Virus record (IMG/VR): IMGVR_UViG_3300026549_000895
Location: 175,831-239,830 of that record
Strand: one strand, 5' to 3'
Origin: a virus
Taxonomy: Duplodnaviria > Caudoviricetes
DNA length: 64,000 bases
The notes under the pieces were generated by a model. The model made no database searches. It worked only from the letters and a program-made list of their open reading frames with translations, and had not been told where the DNA came from. Positions 19,962-30,842 of this stretch are shown here, one piece after another (within the stretch, counting starts at the first letter, position 1; the number at the start of each line of letters is the position of its first letter). The translations under genes and the position numbers were made by a program.

Positions 19962-20969
19962 ATGTCTTTAATGAAGAATATTATAACAAACATACTTTCC
20001 CAAAGGAAGTATGATTTCTTGACAGAGTTCTGTCACAAATGTTTTGAAGATAAAAAGGAATCTATCTTCGCATGTGAATATGCTGGAGAAGATATCAGAG
20101 TTTTCGTTGATAAGGAAGACAACATTCATATGATGATGCCTTCTGTATATAATGAAAGTGCTGTATCTGAATTCATCAGTTCTGAAAACATTTTCTCTTT
20201 CGCAAATGAATTGAATAACAAGGCTCGTTACATTGTCGAAACATGCGTACCTTGTAAAGCAATGATGAACAAACATGGACATCATCCGAAGTCCTTGCAG
20301 GTAATACTTACTCTGAATCTTGGTAAGTGTGATAAGGAATGCAATCCTTGTTGTGGAGACATTGATGAAACAGATGTTGGTAATTTCTGTTCAATGAAGG
20401 ATGCATTGGTTGATGCATACAACAATTGCGAAGTCAAGGATAACTACTACAAGGATATCAATTCTATCGTTGGTCAACATTCCGGAATAGAACGTAAAGA
20501 CATGATAGACAATGATTTGAGAATGAACATGCATAATCTTCAGGATGATATTTCAAAACTTGTTGATCTTGAGATGGATGACGCTCTTGACGACGATGAT
20601 GTTTATCCGGATGAAGAAATCGATGATGTTGATAAAGATGTCAAACTCGAGTTCTTCTCAAAGCGTCCTAAGAAGTTGAAACCTTTCCCTGCTGATTTGA
20701 TTCCGTATATCACTGTGGAAATGAATGATATAAAGGATGCAAATGATCAGGCTATGTTGTGTGGTTACACATCTTCAAAGATTGAGCTATGCGATTTCTA
20801 TATAACATGCATCGATACAAATGATTCACGTTACATAGTACCTCACACTCGTCAATATCTTGTTAACTTGAATAAACAACTGAACGATTTGCTGACTCGT
20901 ATTTTACAGATAAAGCCAGTCAATAGAACTGCAACAATGTGGAAAGTCAACTATCCAGATGCAACATAA
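19962..20969 (+). CDS. Hypothetical, probably head-associated protein
   Basis: Long ORF with YNESA motif and acidic linker; start uncertain (19950-19971). Confidence 0.7.
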   Translation: MSLMKNIITNILSQRKYDFLTEFCHKCFEDKKESIFACEYAGEDIRVFVDKEDNIHMMMPSVYNESAVSEFISSENIFSFANELNNKARYIVETCVPCKAMMNKHGHHPKSLQVILTLNLGKCDKECNPCCGDIDETDVGNFCSMKDALVDAYNNCEVKDNYYKDINSIVGQHSGIERKDMIDNDLRMNMHNLQDDISKLVDLEMDDALDDDDVYPDEEIDDVDKDVKLEFFSKRPKKLKPFPADLIPYITVEMNDIKDANDQAMLCGYTSSKIELCDFYITCIDTNDSRYIVPHTRQYLVNLNKQLNDLLTRILQIKPVNRTATMWKVNYPDAT

Positions 20970-20987
20970 TAAAAGGAGGATATTATC

Positions 20988-21569
20988 ATGAAATACAAAT
21001 CTGATGAAATAAGTGAATTCATTGCTGCTATGCAGGATGAAATTATAGCCGCTTCTGATGCATATGTCAATATCGCTGACAAATACAACAAGAAGTTCAA
21101 GATTCTTGACTATACCAAGATTCTTAATTTGATTACTCAGTATATGCGTCAATACGTTACTTATCTTCATACTGAAAAGGATAAGTATAAGGATAGAATC
21201 CTTGGCTTGACTCAGGCTTTCTATGATTCATTATTCAAGAAAGAAGAGTATAAGAAGGAAGTATCTATTCAGGAATTCAAAGATGAAATAGATGCTTTCA
21301 TCGATGGCACTAAGGGATTTCAGACTGTCATAAAGGAAATTGAACATCAATGTTGTTGTGATTGTGCAATGGCTAAAGAATGCGAACACATGGTGACTAT
21401 TTCCGTTAATGAATATCTCAAGATTGGAAGGGTGTTCCGTACTGATTTGAATCTTTACAATTCCATTCGTAAATCAGGTTCCAAAGTTTACAACGAACCT
21501 TTCACTTCTGAACAATCTTATGTATTCTCTAATGAAGAGACTCCTTGTATGCATATTGTGAAAGGATGA
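20988..21569 (+). CDS. Hypothetical protein
   Basis: SD aaaggagg; 193 aa. Confidence 0.75.
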   Translation: MKYKSDEISEFIAAMQDEIIAASDAYVNIADKYNKKFKILDYTKILNLITQYMRQYVTYLHTEKDKYKDRILGLTQAFYDSLFKKEEYKKEVSIQEFKDEIDAFIDGTKGFQTVIKEIEHQCCCDCAMAKECEHMVTISVNEYLKIGRVFRTDLNLYNSIRKSGSKVYNEPFTSEQSYVFSNEETPCMHIVKG

Positions 21570-21575
21570 TGACAT

Positions 21576-22337
21576 ATGAATTTGTCAACAGCTGTAACTG
21601 ATATCAAGAATGAACTCGGCTTACAAACAATTGCATTACCTTTCAAAGAACCTGTTGAAAATGTCATTCGTGACTATATGCAACGTTCAATCAGAACATG
21701 GTCACGTCTGAAACCTTGTCTGAAGGATGGCTATCAGATAAGACAGAATCTTCGTCCAGCGGGTTCTGATGGTGAGTTGTTAGGAATCTATTACATTCCT
21801 GAATTCTTATTGACCACTAAAGTATCATATGCTGATGCATATTTAGCGGAAGCATATGTGACTGATGGTAACAAATCTAATCTTAACACTTTCACAGTTG
21901 GTTCACCTTTTGTTGGATTCGGTTCATATTATCCTCAGGATATTATAAATGCACAAATGACAGGTACTGCAATAAGCAAGTACATTTCCGAAACTTCAAG
22001 ATTCCCTACCAGTGAATGGTTAGGATATAATAAGGTAATGTTGCATGACTTCCCTGACAACTGTCGTATTCGATTCGTTGTTAAATGTGAACATGAATTG
22101 AATGGAGAATCAATACCTGAATCACAAGTTGAATCTTTTATGAAACTTGCAAAACTTGATGTTCAAGTCTCTCTTTATAATACTATAAAGAACATGACTG
22201 GACTTGGTTCTGGTTTTAAAGAGATCCAAATGAAAATTGAAGAGTGGTCTGGTTGTTCTGACAAACTTGATCAATTGTTGGAAAAGTGGGAAGGTAGATT
22301 CCATTTAGATGATCATGACTTGATTCAATTCTTTTAA
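21576..22337 (+). CDS. Virion structural protein, possibly neck/head-tail connector
   Basis: Size and position between head module and tape measure; no decisive motif. Confidence 0.5.
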   Translation: MNLSTAVTDIKNELGLQTIALPFKEPVENVIRDYMQRSIRTWSRLKPCLKDGYQIRQNLRPAGSDGELLGIYYIPEFLLTTKVSYADAYLAEAYVTDGNKSNLNTFTVGSPFVGFGSYYPQDIINAQMTGTAISKYISETSRFPTSEWLGYNKVMLHDFPDNCRIRFVVKCEHELNGESIPESQVESFMKLAKLDVQVSLYNTIKNMTGLGSGFKEIQMKIEEWSGCSDKLDQLLEKWEGRFHLDDHDLIQFF

Positions 22338-22351
22338 TTGATTATCCACAA

Positions 22352-22379
22352 AACACACGGGGTATCAACCCCGTGTGTT
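22352..22379. terminator. Intergenic hairpin
   Basis: aacacacggggt-atca-accccgtgtgtt. Confidence 0.6.
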
Positions 22380-22405
22380 AATTATTAATACGAAAGGAGA
22401 GATGC

Positions 22406-25400
22406 TTGATGTCAATGTTTGATTTTGTGAAAAGATCAAATCAATTAATGTTCGGAGCTGCAAAAGAATCACTGACTGACTATACTCGTGATTTGTCCGA
22501 ATTGGGTAATGCAGCAAATCAGGTTCGTGAGAAGTTATCTTCTGGAACACGATCTGCTCGTGATACCATGAACAATTACAAATCAACGGGTATCGTTTCT
22601 GGAATATCGAACTGGTTCTATGGTAAAGAATTCGAACTTGGTGATTCAGATGAAATGTTATTTGATAGCCACGAGTTCAATTCCGGTAATCCTGAATGGC
22701 AAGATAATGACTCAGAAGAAGCTCCTTCACCATTGACAAATTCATCTATGAAGGAACTCGTAAAAGGACAAGTTTCTTCAATGTATAAAATAGGCAGTAA
22801 ACAAACAGAGGCTGGTATTGCAAATACAGCTGAGATTGTTTCTACTATGACAAAATCATCTGCAGAAATAATAGCATCTATTAACAATGTAAATTCATCC
22901 TTGATTACCATTTCAGGAAAGCTTGATAGTCTCGTTGAGGCTATAAGACCTCCTCAGCAATCTCAATCTGGTTCAAACGACGGATGGTTTGATTCTAATG
23001 GTAGATTTACTGTCAGATCAATGATGCAAGGTTTAATGAACCCGAGTAATCTGAGTGGTAATGCTGGAATGATTGGTTCTGTGGCTTCGATGTTGGCAGA
23101 TCCCAATATGCGTAAAATGTTCTTGACTCCAGAGAATCTAATGTCAATGTTTGTCATGGATAATTTGAAGAAAAAGGACTTTGATGTTTTAGGCGGCCAT
23201 AGTGTTGATTACTATGGAAAGAAATTCCAGACGACGATGCATAACATGATAGAAGAAACCATCGAGAAGCTTATGGAGAAAACTCCACTTGGTGATATGA
23301 TGGGCAAAGAAAAATATAGAGGTAATCTTGGTAAGGTTGATAATCAATATACCAAAGAAGCCGCTGTATTTGATAAAGCTACTCGTCATTCTATCGTATC
23401 CATTATTCCTGAATATCTCAAGAAGATGACTGAAGCTATTACTGGTCAAAAGTGGAATATCAATGAGAGAGGTTATCTAACAACTAAAGAGCAAGCTAAC
23501 CCATATTCTCGAATCGGAAATGTTCTACATAATGCTTCTTTGGATTATGAAGATTACAAACACTTATCAAAGATTGCTGAAGACAAAGGCTCCAAAATAA
23601 GTTCGTCTGAAATGGATGATGCACAGCGTGCATGGATTTGGGTTATTGTTCAATATGTAATCTATGACGAGGGTAGAGACAACATAACCGGAAAGGATAT
23701 TCGTGACATGTTGATGTCTCCAAAATTAGATATGTATCTGGAACAAGCCGCTCAGATATATAATATTTCTTCTGGAAATAAATCCAAAAAGAAAGCAAAG
23801 AAAATCCTTAGAGATGTTCTCATGATGATATGCGAAGATCGACAATCTGCAACTTCACTGGCTGCGGCTGGTAACAAATACATGAAACAGGTTGAGCAAA
23901 CGGCTCGAGATATATCTAATAATGATCCAACAGCTGGACAATATGTCGGTCAGTCATCGTTGAACTTTGATACTACACTCAATAATTTCTTATCGAATCA
24001 GAAAGAAATCAATTATGCTCGTGAAAGAGCACGTTATGAACAAAAGCAGAGAGAAGAACTTAAAATCGATGAACTTACCAAACTCAATAAGCATGCAGCA
24101 GAAGTTGAACTTAATAAAAGGATGAAAGCTTGGGAGAAAGCTAATCCATCATCCGAAAAGGAAGAAGAGGTTACTTCCAGAATCGGTCTTGGTGGTGGAA
24201 ATGCCAAAGGAGGTTTTAATGATTTCATAAAAGAAATGAATCAATTCTCCAAAGGCATTTATGACATTCTCAAGAGCGGAGTTATCAATGTTAAAATTGT
24301 AACTGATGCAAATCCTCAAAACAACAATAATCAACAACGTTCAAAGAAAAAGCGTAGACGTCGCAAGAAGAAGACAAATAACAAAGGTTCTTCTGATGAT
24401 AGTGGTGGTGACGCTGACGTCATAGAAGATGACGATGTCGTTGAAGAGGAAGAAACAACTTCCTCGACAATAGATGGTATAGCATCTATTGTTCAAGCAA
24501 GAAATGAAGCAAATCCAATTCAGACATTTACAAACAACTTCGTTTCTGATGTTAAATCCAACGGTCTTGTTTCTACTGTTAAGAATAGACTTAACACTGG
24601 AAAAGAGATTGCAAAGGATAAATACGAAACTACTAAGAACACTTTGAAATTAGAATCTATTTCTGATAAGGTGAACGCTGAAGGTTCAAAAGTTTCAGAA
24701 ATGGATAAACAAAGAGTTCAGATGGTAAACACTGCCTTACAGACTGCTATGCAGGATGGAGACGGTGTTGAGGATAAGTCCAAGATTCGTCGGTTGATTT
24801 CCAATATCGAAAATCAAGACTTGAAACAGGAAATGTCAAAAACAGCTGATTCTATTTTGACAAAGGAATCATCTGATGATGACGAAAATGGTGGAAAACC
24901 TAAGTCTTTTATTGGAAGACTCATTGGCGGTATGGGTGGAAAACTTAAGACTGCATTTTCTTTTGTTTTGAAACCTGTAACAGCTCTTCTTTCTACAATC
25001 GGAAAGGGTCTTAAGGCTTATTGGGATTGGACTAAGAAGACATGGAAGTCCGGTCTTGAAGATGGTAAACGTGGTGCTGGAAAAATAAAGAATGCTTTGT
25101 TCGGAGGAAAATCCGACAAGGGTTCTGAAGAAGGCACTGCAGAAGCATCATCTGGTGAGAAGAAATCTTCATCTGGTGGATCTATGATGGATGACATTTC
25201 ATCCATAAAGAAAACTTCATCTGATCTGGGTGGTAAATCAGAAGCTACCAAGAGCGGTGTGAAAACCAGTGGAGATAAAGCCGGTACTAAATCCGATGGC
25301 GGTGGAGGTAAAGCAAAACAACTTTTGAGTGGTGGTTTTGACATAGCTTCGATGGTAATGAAACTTGTCGGACCTATTCTCGCAGGTATGGCCGGAGTCC

Positions 25401-28400
25401 AGATGCTTGTAAAACTTGTGCAAGGTACACTCAAGAAAATTCTTGAGCCGCTTAATAAACTCTTCAAAGCATTGTTTAAATCTTTATCGCCTATACTCGA
25501 TATATTGGCTGAATCTCTAACTCCTTTCATCGAGCATGTTGTCGATACAATGGTCAATATTATAACACCATTAATGCCGATATTAAAATCGATTTTTGAG
25601 TGTGTGGGTCCGATTCTTGATATTATCACAGTAATGCTTGATTCAATAATGGTACCATTAATGGTTATATTTGACACTGTAATCGTGCCTGTACTTGATG
25701 TTGTAACCGGTTGTTTGAAGGTCGTTATCGGTACTCTTCAAATTGGTTTTGGCGTTGTTGAGGGTGTACTTGGATCCATACTTTCTGGAATTGGTACGGC
25801 AATAACATGGATATCATTGGGAGCTTCTTCAGCTGGTAGAAAAGTTAAAGACAAAGGAAACGAGATGTCTGAAAAGGGCGAAGAGATGATGTCGTCCGGT
25901 GCAGCATTATGGACAGAAGGTATGAAAGAAGCCGGTCTCGGTTTATTAAAATTAACAGGTCCGGGAATGATCGCTAATGCTCTTTCAGACGATGAAAAAC
26001 CTGAGAAAGAAGAAAATGAATCCGTTCAATATCAATCAAAAGTCGAAGTTCCTGAAGGCGGTTCTGCTATGGATGGTATTGTTGGTAGTGGTGATGTTGT
26101 AAACAATTACTACTACCAGAATATGTATGGTTCAGGTAATAACACTTATAACCAGAATTCATATCATAACGGAATGAATATGTCTCAGCATGGTTGTGGT
26201 CCTATTGCGTTGGCTGATAGAGCTAATAGAATGGGTGGTGGAATTAATCCGTATTCTTTGACACAAGCTATGATGGCAAACGGAAATTATTCTCCGAATG
26301 CTGGTACAAGTGTTGCTGGAATGATTTCTACTGGTCATACACTTGGTATGAATCTCGTTCCCGGTGGTGTTACAGCTGCTTCACTCAGAGGAGCATCTCC
26401 AAACAATCCTATCACAGTCATTGGTTCCGGAATGGGCTTTGGTACTCGTTCGGGAGCTAATCACTATGTCAATGTAGTAGGTACCGATTCTGCTGGAGGA
26501 GCATACGTTTCTAATCCTATGACCGGACGAGTTGGTCGTGTTAAAGCGAATGAACTTGTTGCAAATTCTAAACTTGGACTGTATGGTTCAGGTGACGATG
26601 TTTCGTATAAGGAAGTATTTGGAGACAAGGTTGCTTCTGCATTCGGTGAGTTGACAAATATCTGGTCGAATATTTCCAACATCTTCAATTTCAAAGACAA
26701 TGAAACAGTTGCCGAGAAAACTCAGAAGAAAATAGACACTGAAAAGAATAAGCGTTATATAGACAATGTTAAATCTAAATATTCTGATGAAGAATGGAAT
26801 GCCAAATATAATGAACTCAAAAACAAGAATCCTATCAAAGACGGAGAGTCAAAAGAGGATTATGAATATCGATTATCCTTGCTTGTCGCTAAAGAACTTG
26901 GAAGTGAGTATAATAAAAATAACAGTATCACCACTTACAAAGACTTTGGTGAGAACTTTACTAAAGATTTCGATGAATTCATGAAAACTGTCAGAACAAC
27001 TATGGATGAATCTGTACAGTCTGATGGTGGAGGTAATCAATATGGTTCTTCTGGTGGATTTTATAGTAGTTCCGGTAATGTTAAACTTGCTACAGATGGC
27101 TATACTCCAGAATTTACAGACACAAATATGTCAGAATCGGTCAATGGTCGTTATATACATTCACCAATTCATGAGTTCTTTGCAAAGATGGGTGGTCTTG
27201 ATTTTGCAGAATCAAATAATAACTGGTATGGTCATTATAATGATGCACACTCAAAGGAAGGTGAAGGTTCAAACGGTAACTCGCACCAGGGTATCGATAT
27301 TAACCTCGTCGGTGGTATTCGAGGAAAAACACCTGTATACGCAACAACGGACGGCGTTCTTGTAAGACATCAACCTGAAGCTTTGGCAGACGGCGGCGGT
27401 AACTATGTAGAATGGACCGATAACGATGGAATGCACCATAGAATCATGCATCTTGATCATTTCTCTGAAGAAATGGAAGCTATGAATCCAGGCGATAAGA
27501 TCATTGGAGGAAAAACCCTTCTCGGTTATTATGGTTCGACAGGACATTCAACAGGTGATCACATTCACTATGATATTTCCCCAAATGGATATGGATCATC
27601 AGAATGGTATAATCCTTTGACCTACTTCAATTTCAAACCATCGGCAACAGGCGACGATTCTTCATCAATAGTTGGTGATACACCAGACGAACAGATGTGG
27701 CAGTGGCTTAGATACAAAGGCATGAAACTTCCTGAAGCATCAGTTGCTGGTATCATGGGCGTTTGGAAAGCAGAAGGCGTTCGTCCGAAGATGATCGAAG
27801 GTGCTTATTCAGAACCCGAAACTTCTCTTGCTGAACCGATATATGATGCAATTGTTGGCGATCCTGATAATAATGAAGCGGGCTTGAAACAATTATGGGA
27901 TTATACACCAGAGCATGCAGCAGGAAAGAATGGTGGATATTTACCAAATTATATGTATAATGGTCATCCTTGGGCTGGTATAGGTTTAGCTCAATGGACT
28001 GCCGGAAGAGCATATAAACTATTGAAGCATGCTTGGGAAGACAGACGTAATTGGTACGAATTATTACCTCAGCTTCAATTCTTTGAGAAAGAACTTCAAA
28101 CGACACATACAAAAGCCGGTAACGAACTTCTCAATGGTGAAGGACATACACCTGAGGAAATGGCTGAGATGTTCTGGACTGATTTCGAAGGATTTACGTG
28201 GGGACCTGAATCTGCATATGAAAAGAGACGACAGAACGCAAGAAATGTATATGAACAATTCAAAGGTGTTTCTGAAATTAATCCTTCAAACTTTGGATCT
28301 ATCAATTCAAACTGGGATGCATATAAGGCTGGTAAGATAACATATGAACAATATCTTGCAAGTGGCGGAACTCCAATCGAAGGTCCAAAAGGTGAAAAGC

Positions 28401-29602
28401 TTACTAAAGACGGTCCGATATGGGTTGGTAATACTTCATTCAAGAATATTGCGGAATATGTTGAATGGAAGAAGAAACAGGAAGCACAAGCTGATTATAA
28501 TAGTTTCTATATTAATAATCTGAAAAAGAAATATGATAAGCCTACTCCTGATGGAAGCAATTATCGAGGTTATCCTAATATTGTTCTTCAAGATTATAAG
28601 AGAGCTGTTTTGACACCTTGGTCAGCTTACCTTGATCCGGATAGAAACGGTGTAAATGGCCTTTACATATCTCACAATGGTGCTGAAAAGGTTCCTCATT
28701 TCGATAAGAACAAACCTGCTGATATCTATTCCGATATTAGAGAGAATGGTATGTTTGCTAACAATACAGAGGCTTTCCAATCGGCTGTTGAAGACATTAT
28801 AGATTCTGACCCATCACTCGGTAATGTAAAGACATATTTGGAGTATGTTAAAAATTCAAGCAACTTGCCAACGACCCAAGGAGGAAAAGCTACTCCTTCT
28901 CAAACAAAAACAGACCATATGAATATGCTGTATGACTATGCATTGGATAAACTTATTGGAAGAGAAAATCCTGGTTATGTTCTTAAAGATGGAAATAAGG
29001 TAATACTTGATCACATGAGTATGAAGAATAAATTCTCAGATTTAAAATATTCTTCACCTGTTCCAATCGGATTCCAATCATATATTGGAATACATGGAAA
29101 TGATTATGATGTCAAAGCCTTAAACGAATATTACAAAGGCGCTGATTCTGATGCTAAGGCACACATGACATCGATACCAGCGATCTTCACTACCAAGGGT
29201 GTTCAAGGTATGAAGAAACTTCGTGATGCATATGGTTCTGGTGACGAGATTGCAACTGACATTGTTGACATTCCACCAATTGATTATTCTAAATTCACTG
29301 ATGAAGATTGGAATAATACTATCTGGAATTCAATGAGTAATCAAACTCCTACTCAGCAATATGTTCAGACAGAAGATACAGCAAAGAATGATCAGATTGA
29401 CAGAATACTTGCAAACGAGTTTAAGACATCAGACAAACGTACTCATGATCTTCTCGAGAAAATCTGTGATTATCTCGAAAAAGAAAAAGAAGAAAGGCAG
29501 GGTAAACCTGATCCGAATTCTCCTAATTCTACACCACAAGGATCACAGGATATGTTTGAAAACGAAATACCAAACTCGGTATATCGTTTGGCTCGTGGCT
29601 AA
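22406..29602 (+). CDS. Tape-measure-like protein with C39-like peptidase, M23 peptidase and phage tail lysozyme domains
   Basis: 2398 aa; amphipathic helical repeats; HGCGPIALA...NHYVNVVG...YVSNP; HQGIDI...HLD...STGDHIHY; AGIMGVWKAEG...GIGLAQWT. Confidence 0.85.
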   Translation: MMSMFDFVKRSNQLMFGAAKESLTDYTRDLSELGNAANQVREKLSSGTRSARDTMNNYKSTGIVSGISNWFYGKEFELGDSDEMLFDSHEFNSGNPEWQDNDSEEAPSPLTNSSMKELVKGQVSSMYKIGSKQTEAGIANTAEIVSTMTKSSAEIIASINNVNSSLITISGKLDSLVEAIRPPQQSQSGSNDGWFDSNGRFTVRSMMQGLMNPSNLSGNAGMIGSVASMLADPNMRKMFLTPENLMSMFVMDNLKKKDFDVLGGHSVDYYGKKFQTTMHNMIEETIEKLMEKTPLGDMMGKEKYRGNLGKVDNQYTKEAAVFDKATRHSIVSIIPEYLKKMTEAITGQKWNINERGYLTTKEQANPYSRIGNVLHNASLDYEDYKHLSKIAEDKGSKISSSEMDDAQRAWIWVIVQYVIYDEGRDNITGKDIRDMLMSPKLDMYLEQAAQIYNISSGNKSKKKAKKILRDVLMMICEDRQSATSLAAAGNKYMKQVEQTARDISNNDPTAGQYVGQSSLNFDTTLNNFLSNQKEINYARERARYEQKQREELKIDELTKLNKHAAEVELNKRMKAWEKANPSSEKEEEVTSRIGLGGGNAKGGFNDFIKEMNQFSKGIYDILKSGVINVKIVTDANPQNNNNQQRSKKKRRRRKKKTNNKGSSDDSGGDADVIEDDDVVEEEETTSSTIDGIASIVQARNEANPIQTFTNNFVSDVKSNGLVSTVKNRLNTGKEIAKDKYETTKNTLKLESISDKVNAEGSKVSEMDKQRVQMVNTALQTAMQDGDGVEDKSKIRRLISNIENQDLKQEMSKTADSILTKESSDDDENGGKPKSFIGRLIGGMGGKLKTAFSFVLKPVTALLSTIGKGLKAYWDWTKKTWKSGLEDGKRGAGKIKNALFGGKSDKGSEEGTAEASSGEKKSSSGGSMMDDISSIKKTSSDLGGKSEATKSGVKTSGDKAGTKSDGGGGKAKQLLSGGFDIASMVMKLVGPILAGMAGVQMLVKLVQGTLKKILEPLNKLFKALFKSLSPILDILAESLTPFIEHVVDTMVNIITPLMPILKSIFECVGPILDIITVMLDSIMVPLMVIFDTVIVPVLDVVTGCLKVVIGTLQIGFGVVEGVLGSILSGIGTAITWISLGASSAGRKVKDKGNEMSEKGEEMMSSGAALWTEGMKEAGLGLLKLTGPGMIANALSDDEKPEKEENESVQYQSKVEVPEGGSAMDGIVGSGDVVNNYYYQNMYGSGNNTYNQNSYHNGMNMSQHGCGPIALADRANRMGGGINPYSLTQAMMANGNYSPNAGTSVAGMISTGHTLGMNLVPGGVTAASLRGASPNNPITVIGSGMGFGTRSGANHYVNVVGTDSAGGAYVSNPMTGRVGRVKANELVANSKLGLYGSGDDVSYKEVFGDKVASAFGELTNIWSNISNIFNFKDNETVAEKTQKKIDTEKNKRYIDNVKSKYSDEEWNAKYNELKNKNPIKDGESKEDYEYRLSLLVAKELGSEYNKNNSITTYKDFGENFTKDFDEFMKTVRTTMDESVQSDGGGNQYGSSGGFYSSSGNVKLATDGYTPEFTDTNMSESVNGRYIHSPIHEFFAKMGGLDFAESNNNWYGHYNDAHSKEGEGSNGNSHQGIDINLVGGIRGKTPVYATTDGVLVRHQPEALADGGGNYVEWTDNDGMHHRIMHLDHFSEEMEAMNPGDKIIGGKTLLGYYGSTGHSTGDHIHYDISPNGYGSSEWYNPLTYFNFKPSATGDDSSSIVGDTPDEQMWQWLRYKGMKLPEASVAGIMGVWKAEGVRPKMIEGAYSEPETSLAEPIYDAIVGDPDNNEAGLKQLWDYTPEHAAGKNGGYLPNYMYNGHPWAGIGLAQWTAGRAYKLLKHAWEDRRNWYELLPQLQFFEKELQTTHTKAGNELLNGEGHTPEEMAEMFWTDFEGFTWGPESAYEKRRQNARNVYEQFKGVSEINPSNFGSINSNWDAYKAGKITYEQYLASGGTPIEGPKGEKLTKDGPIWVGNTSFKNIAEYVEWKKKQEAQADYNSFYINNLKKKYDKPTPDGSNYRGYPNIVLQDYKRAVLTPWSAYLDPDRNGVNGLYISHNGAEKVPHFDKNKPADIYSDIRENGMFANNTEAFQSAVEDIIDSDPSLGNVKTYLEYVKNSSNLPTTQGGKATPSQTKTDHMNMLYDYALDKLIGRENPGYVLKDGNKVILDHMSMKNKFSDLKYSSPVPIGFQSYIGIHGNDYDVKALNEYYKGADSDAKAHMTSIPAIFTTKGVQGMKKLRDAYGSGDEIATDIVDIPPIDYSKFTDEDWNNTIWNSMSNQTPTQQYVQTEDTAKNDQIDRILANEFKTSDKRTHDLLEKICDYLEKEKEERQGKPDPNSPNSTPQGSQDMFENEIPNSVYRLARG

Positions 29603-29620
29603 TCAACAATATGCAGAGAG

Positions 29621-29644
29621 ATACCCCGCCGTATGGCGGGGTAT
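29621..29644. terminator. Bidirectional terminator hairpin
   Basis: ataccccgcc-gtat-ggcggggtat at a convergent junction. Confidence 0.75.
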
Positions 29645-30363
29645 TATTTGCATACATCCATTGCAATTTTCATTATATGTCCAAATAGATACATATTTTC
29701 CAATTTATATTTACCACTCTTTCCGAATGGAATATAATAATACTCAGCAAGTTTGTCTCGCAGATATTGCTGTTGGAAATGATTCAAATAATAGAACACC
29801 TCACTGGTTGGTTCATAACTTTCCAGCATAGAAAATACCTTCATCAAATATTTATGGATTCCAAACCTGTGAGCAGACAGCATATCCTTAGGGATTCCCT
29901 TATAGTCAAGGACCCCATCGGTGCTATAAAACATCTCAATTTTGCCGTACTTGATGTACGAATCATAACTGTTCCTATGTGAGAATAAAACACCATCTAT
30001 ATCACACTTTATTTCGGAATGATGTTTCTTGGTTATGAAGAATAAAGAATCAGAATGACACGCAATAACGTCATTGACATCTATTCCATTTTCTTCAAGA
30101 AACTGTTTTCTCAGTTTTAATTCATAAGACAGGAATGCATTTGAGAATTCTTTATCATCTCTTTGTTTCTTTCCTATTTGAACAACTCTTTCTTGTTTTG
30201 GTAAGAGTTTCAAATGTTCAATGAATTCTTTTGGTAACAGTTTATATCTTTCTGATATTGCCAATGATGCTGATATCATATCAAACTCATATATTTGTTT
30301 ATGAAACGAATGAGTTATGTCATCATTGATATACAATAATTTTTCAAATATGTCCATTGACAT
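29644..30363 (-). CDS. Divergent family-B DNA polymerase palm-like protein
   Basis: IYEFDMISA (motif A-like), ACHSDSLFF (DTDS-like), LDYKGI; SD aaaggag before ATG 30363. Confidence 0.45.
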   Translation of the reverse strand: MSMDIFEKLLYINDDITHSFHKQIYEFDMISASLAISERYKLLPKEFIEHLKLLPKQERVVQIGKKQRDDKEFSNAFLSYELKLRKQFLEENGIDVNDVIACHSDSLFFITKKHHSEIKCDIDGVLFSHRNSYDSYIKYGKIEMFYSTDGVLDYKGIPKDMLSAHRFGIHKYLMKVFSMLESYEPTSEVFYYLNHFQQQYLRDKLAEYYYIPFGKSGKYKLENMYLFGHIMKIAMDVCK

Positions 30364-30389
30364 TTCTCCTTTGAACATAATGAATTGAA

Positions 30390-30413
30390 TGTGTGCGGGT
30401 TGCCCCGCACACA
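30390..30413 (-). terminator. Hairpin downstream of the 30842-30426 gene
   Basis: tgtgtgcggg-ttgc-cccgcacaca. Confidence 0.6.
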
Positions 30414-30425
30414 CCCGTTGTTTCA

Positions 30426-30842
30426 TTACTTCTTGAATGCGTCTCTGTTTGACTCGAGCTTGAACTCCTTGTGAGCAGCTGTTGTAGAAGTGTAAGTCTC
30501 GCCCTTTCTGGAGCCCATCTGAATGATACCAGTGTGAGTCTTCTCCTCAACATCTTCAAGCTTGATTGTTGCAGGACAGCTCTTTGCATCAACTGCGGGA
30601 AGCTTGAATGCTCTGTCTTCATCCTTTACATAGTTTGCAACAAGGTCGGGAACCTTGGACAGAGTTGCAGACATGTCGAAGTCGTCGATAGTATCAACTA
30701 CATCGATCTCCTGCTTTGACGGATAACCTGCACGTGCGATAGCCTTCTTGAGATCAGTCTTGAAAGCTGTCTTGAGATCACCCTTGTTGATCTGCTCATT
30801 GCCATACTTGACGAATGCTGATAATGATGCTACTTTTGCCAT
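30426..30842 (-). CDS. Small, probably abundant DNA-binding protein with an HU/IHF-like C-terminal arm
   Basis: Strong codon bias; EKTHTG...KGETYTSTTAAHKEFKL resembles the HU beta-arm. Confidence 0.5.
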   Translation of the reverse strand: MAKVASLSAFVKYGNEQINKGDLKTAFKTDLKKAIARAGYPSKQEIDVVDTIDDFDMSATLSKVPDLVANYVKDEDRAFKLPAVDAKSCPATIKLEDVEEKTHTGIIQMGSRKGETYTSTTAAHKEFKLESNRDAFKK

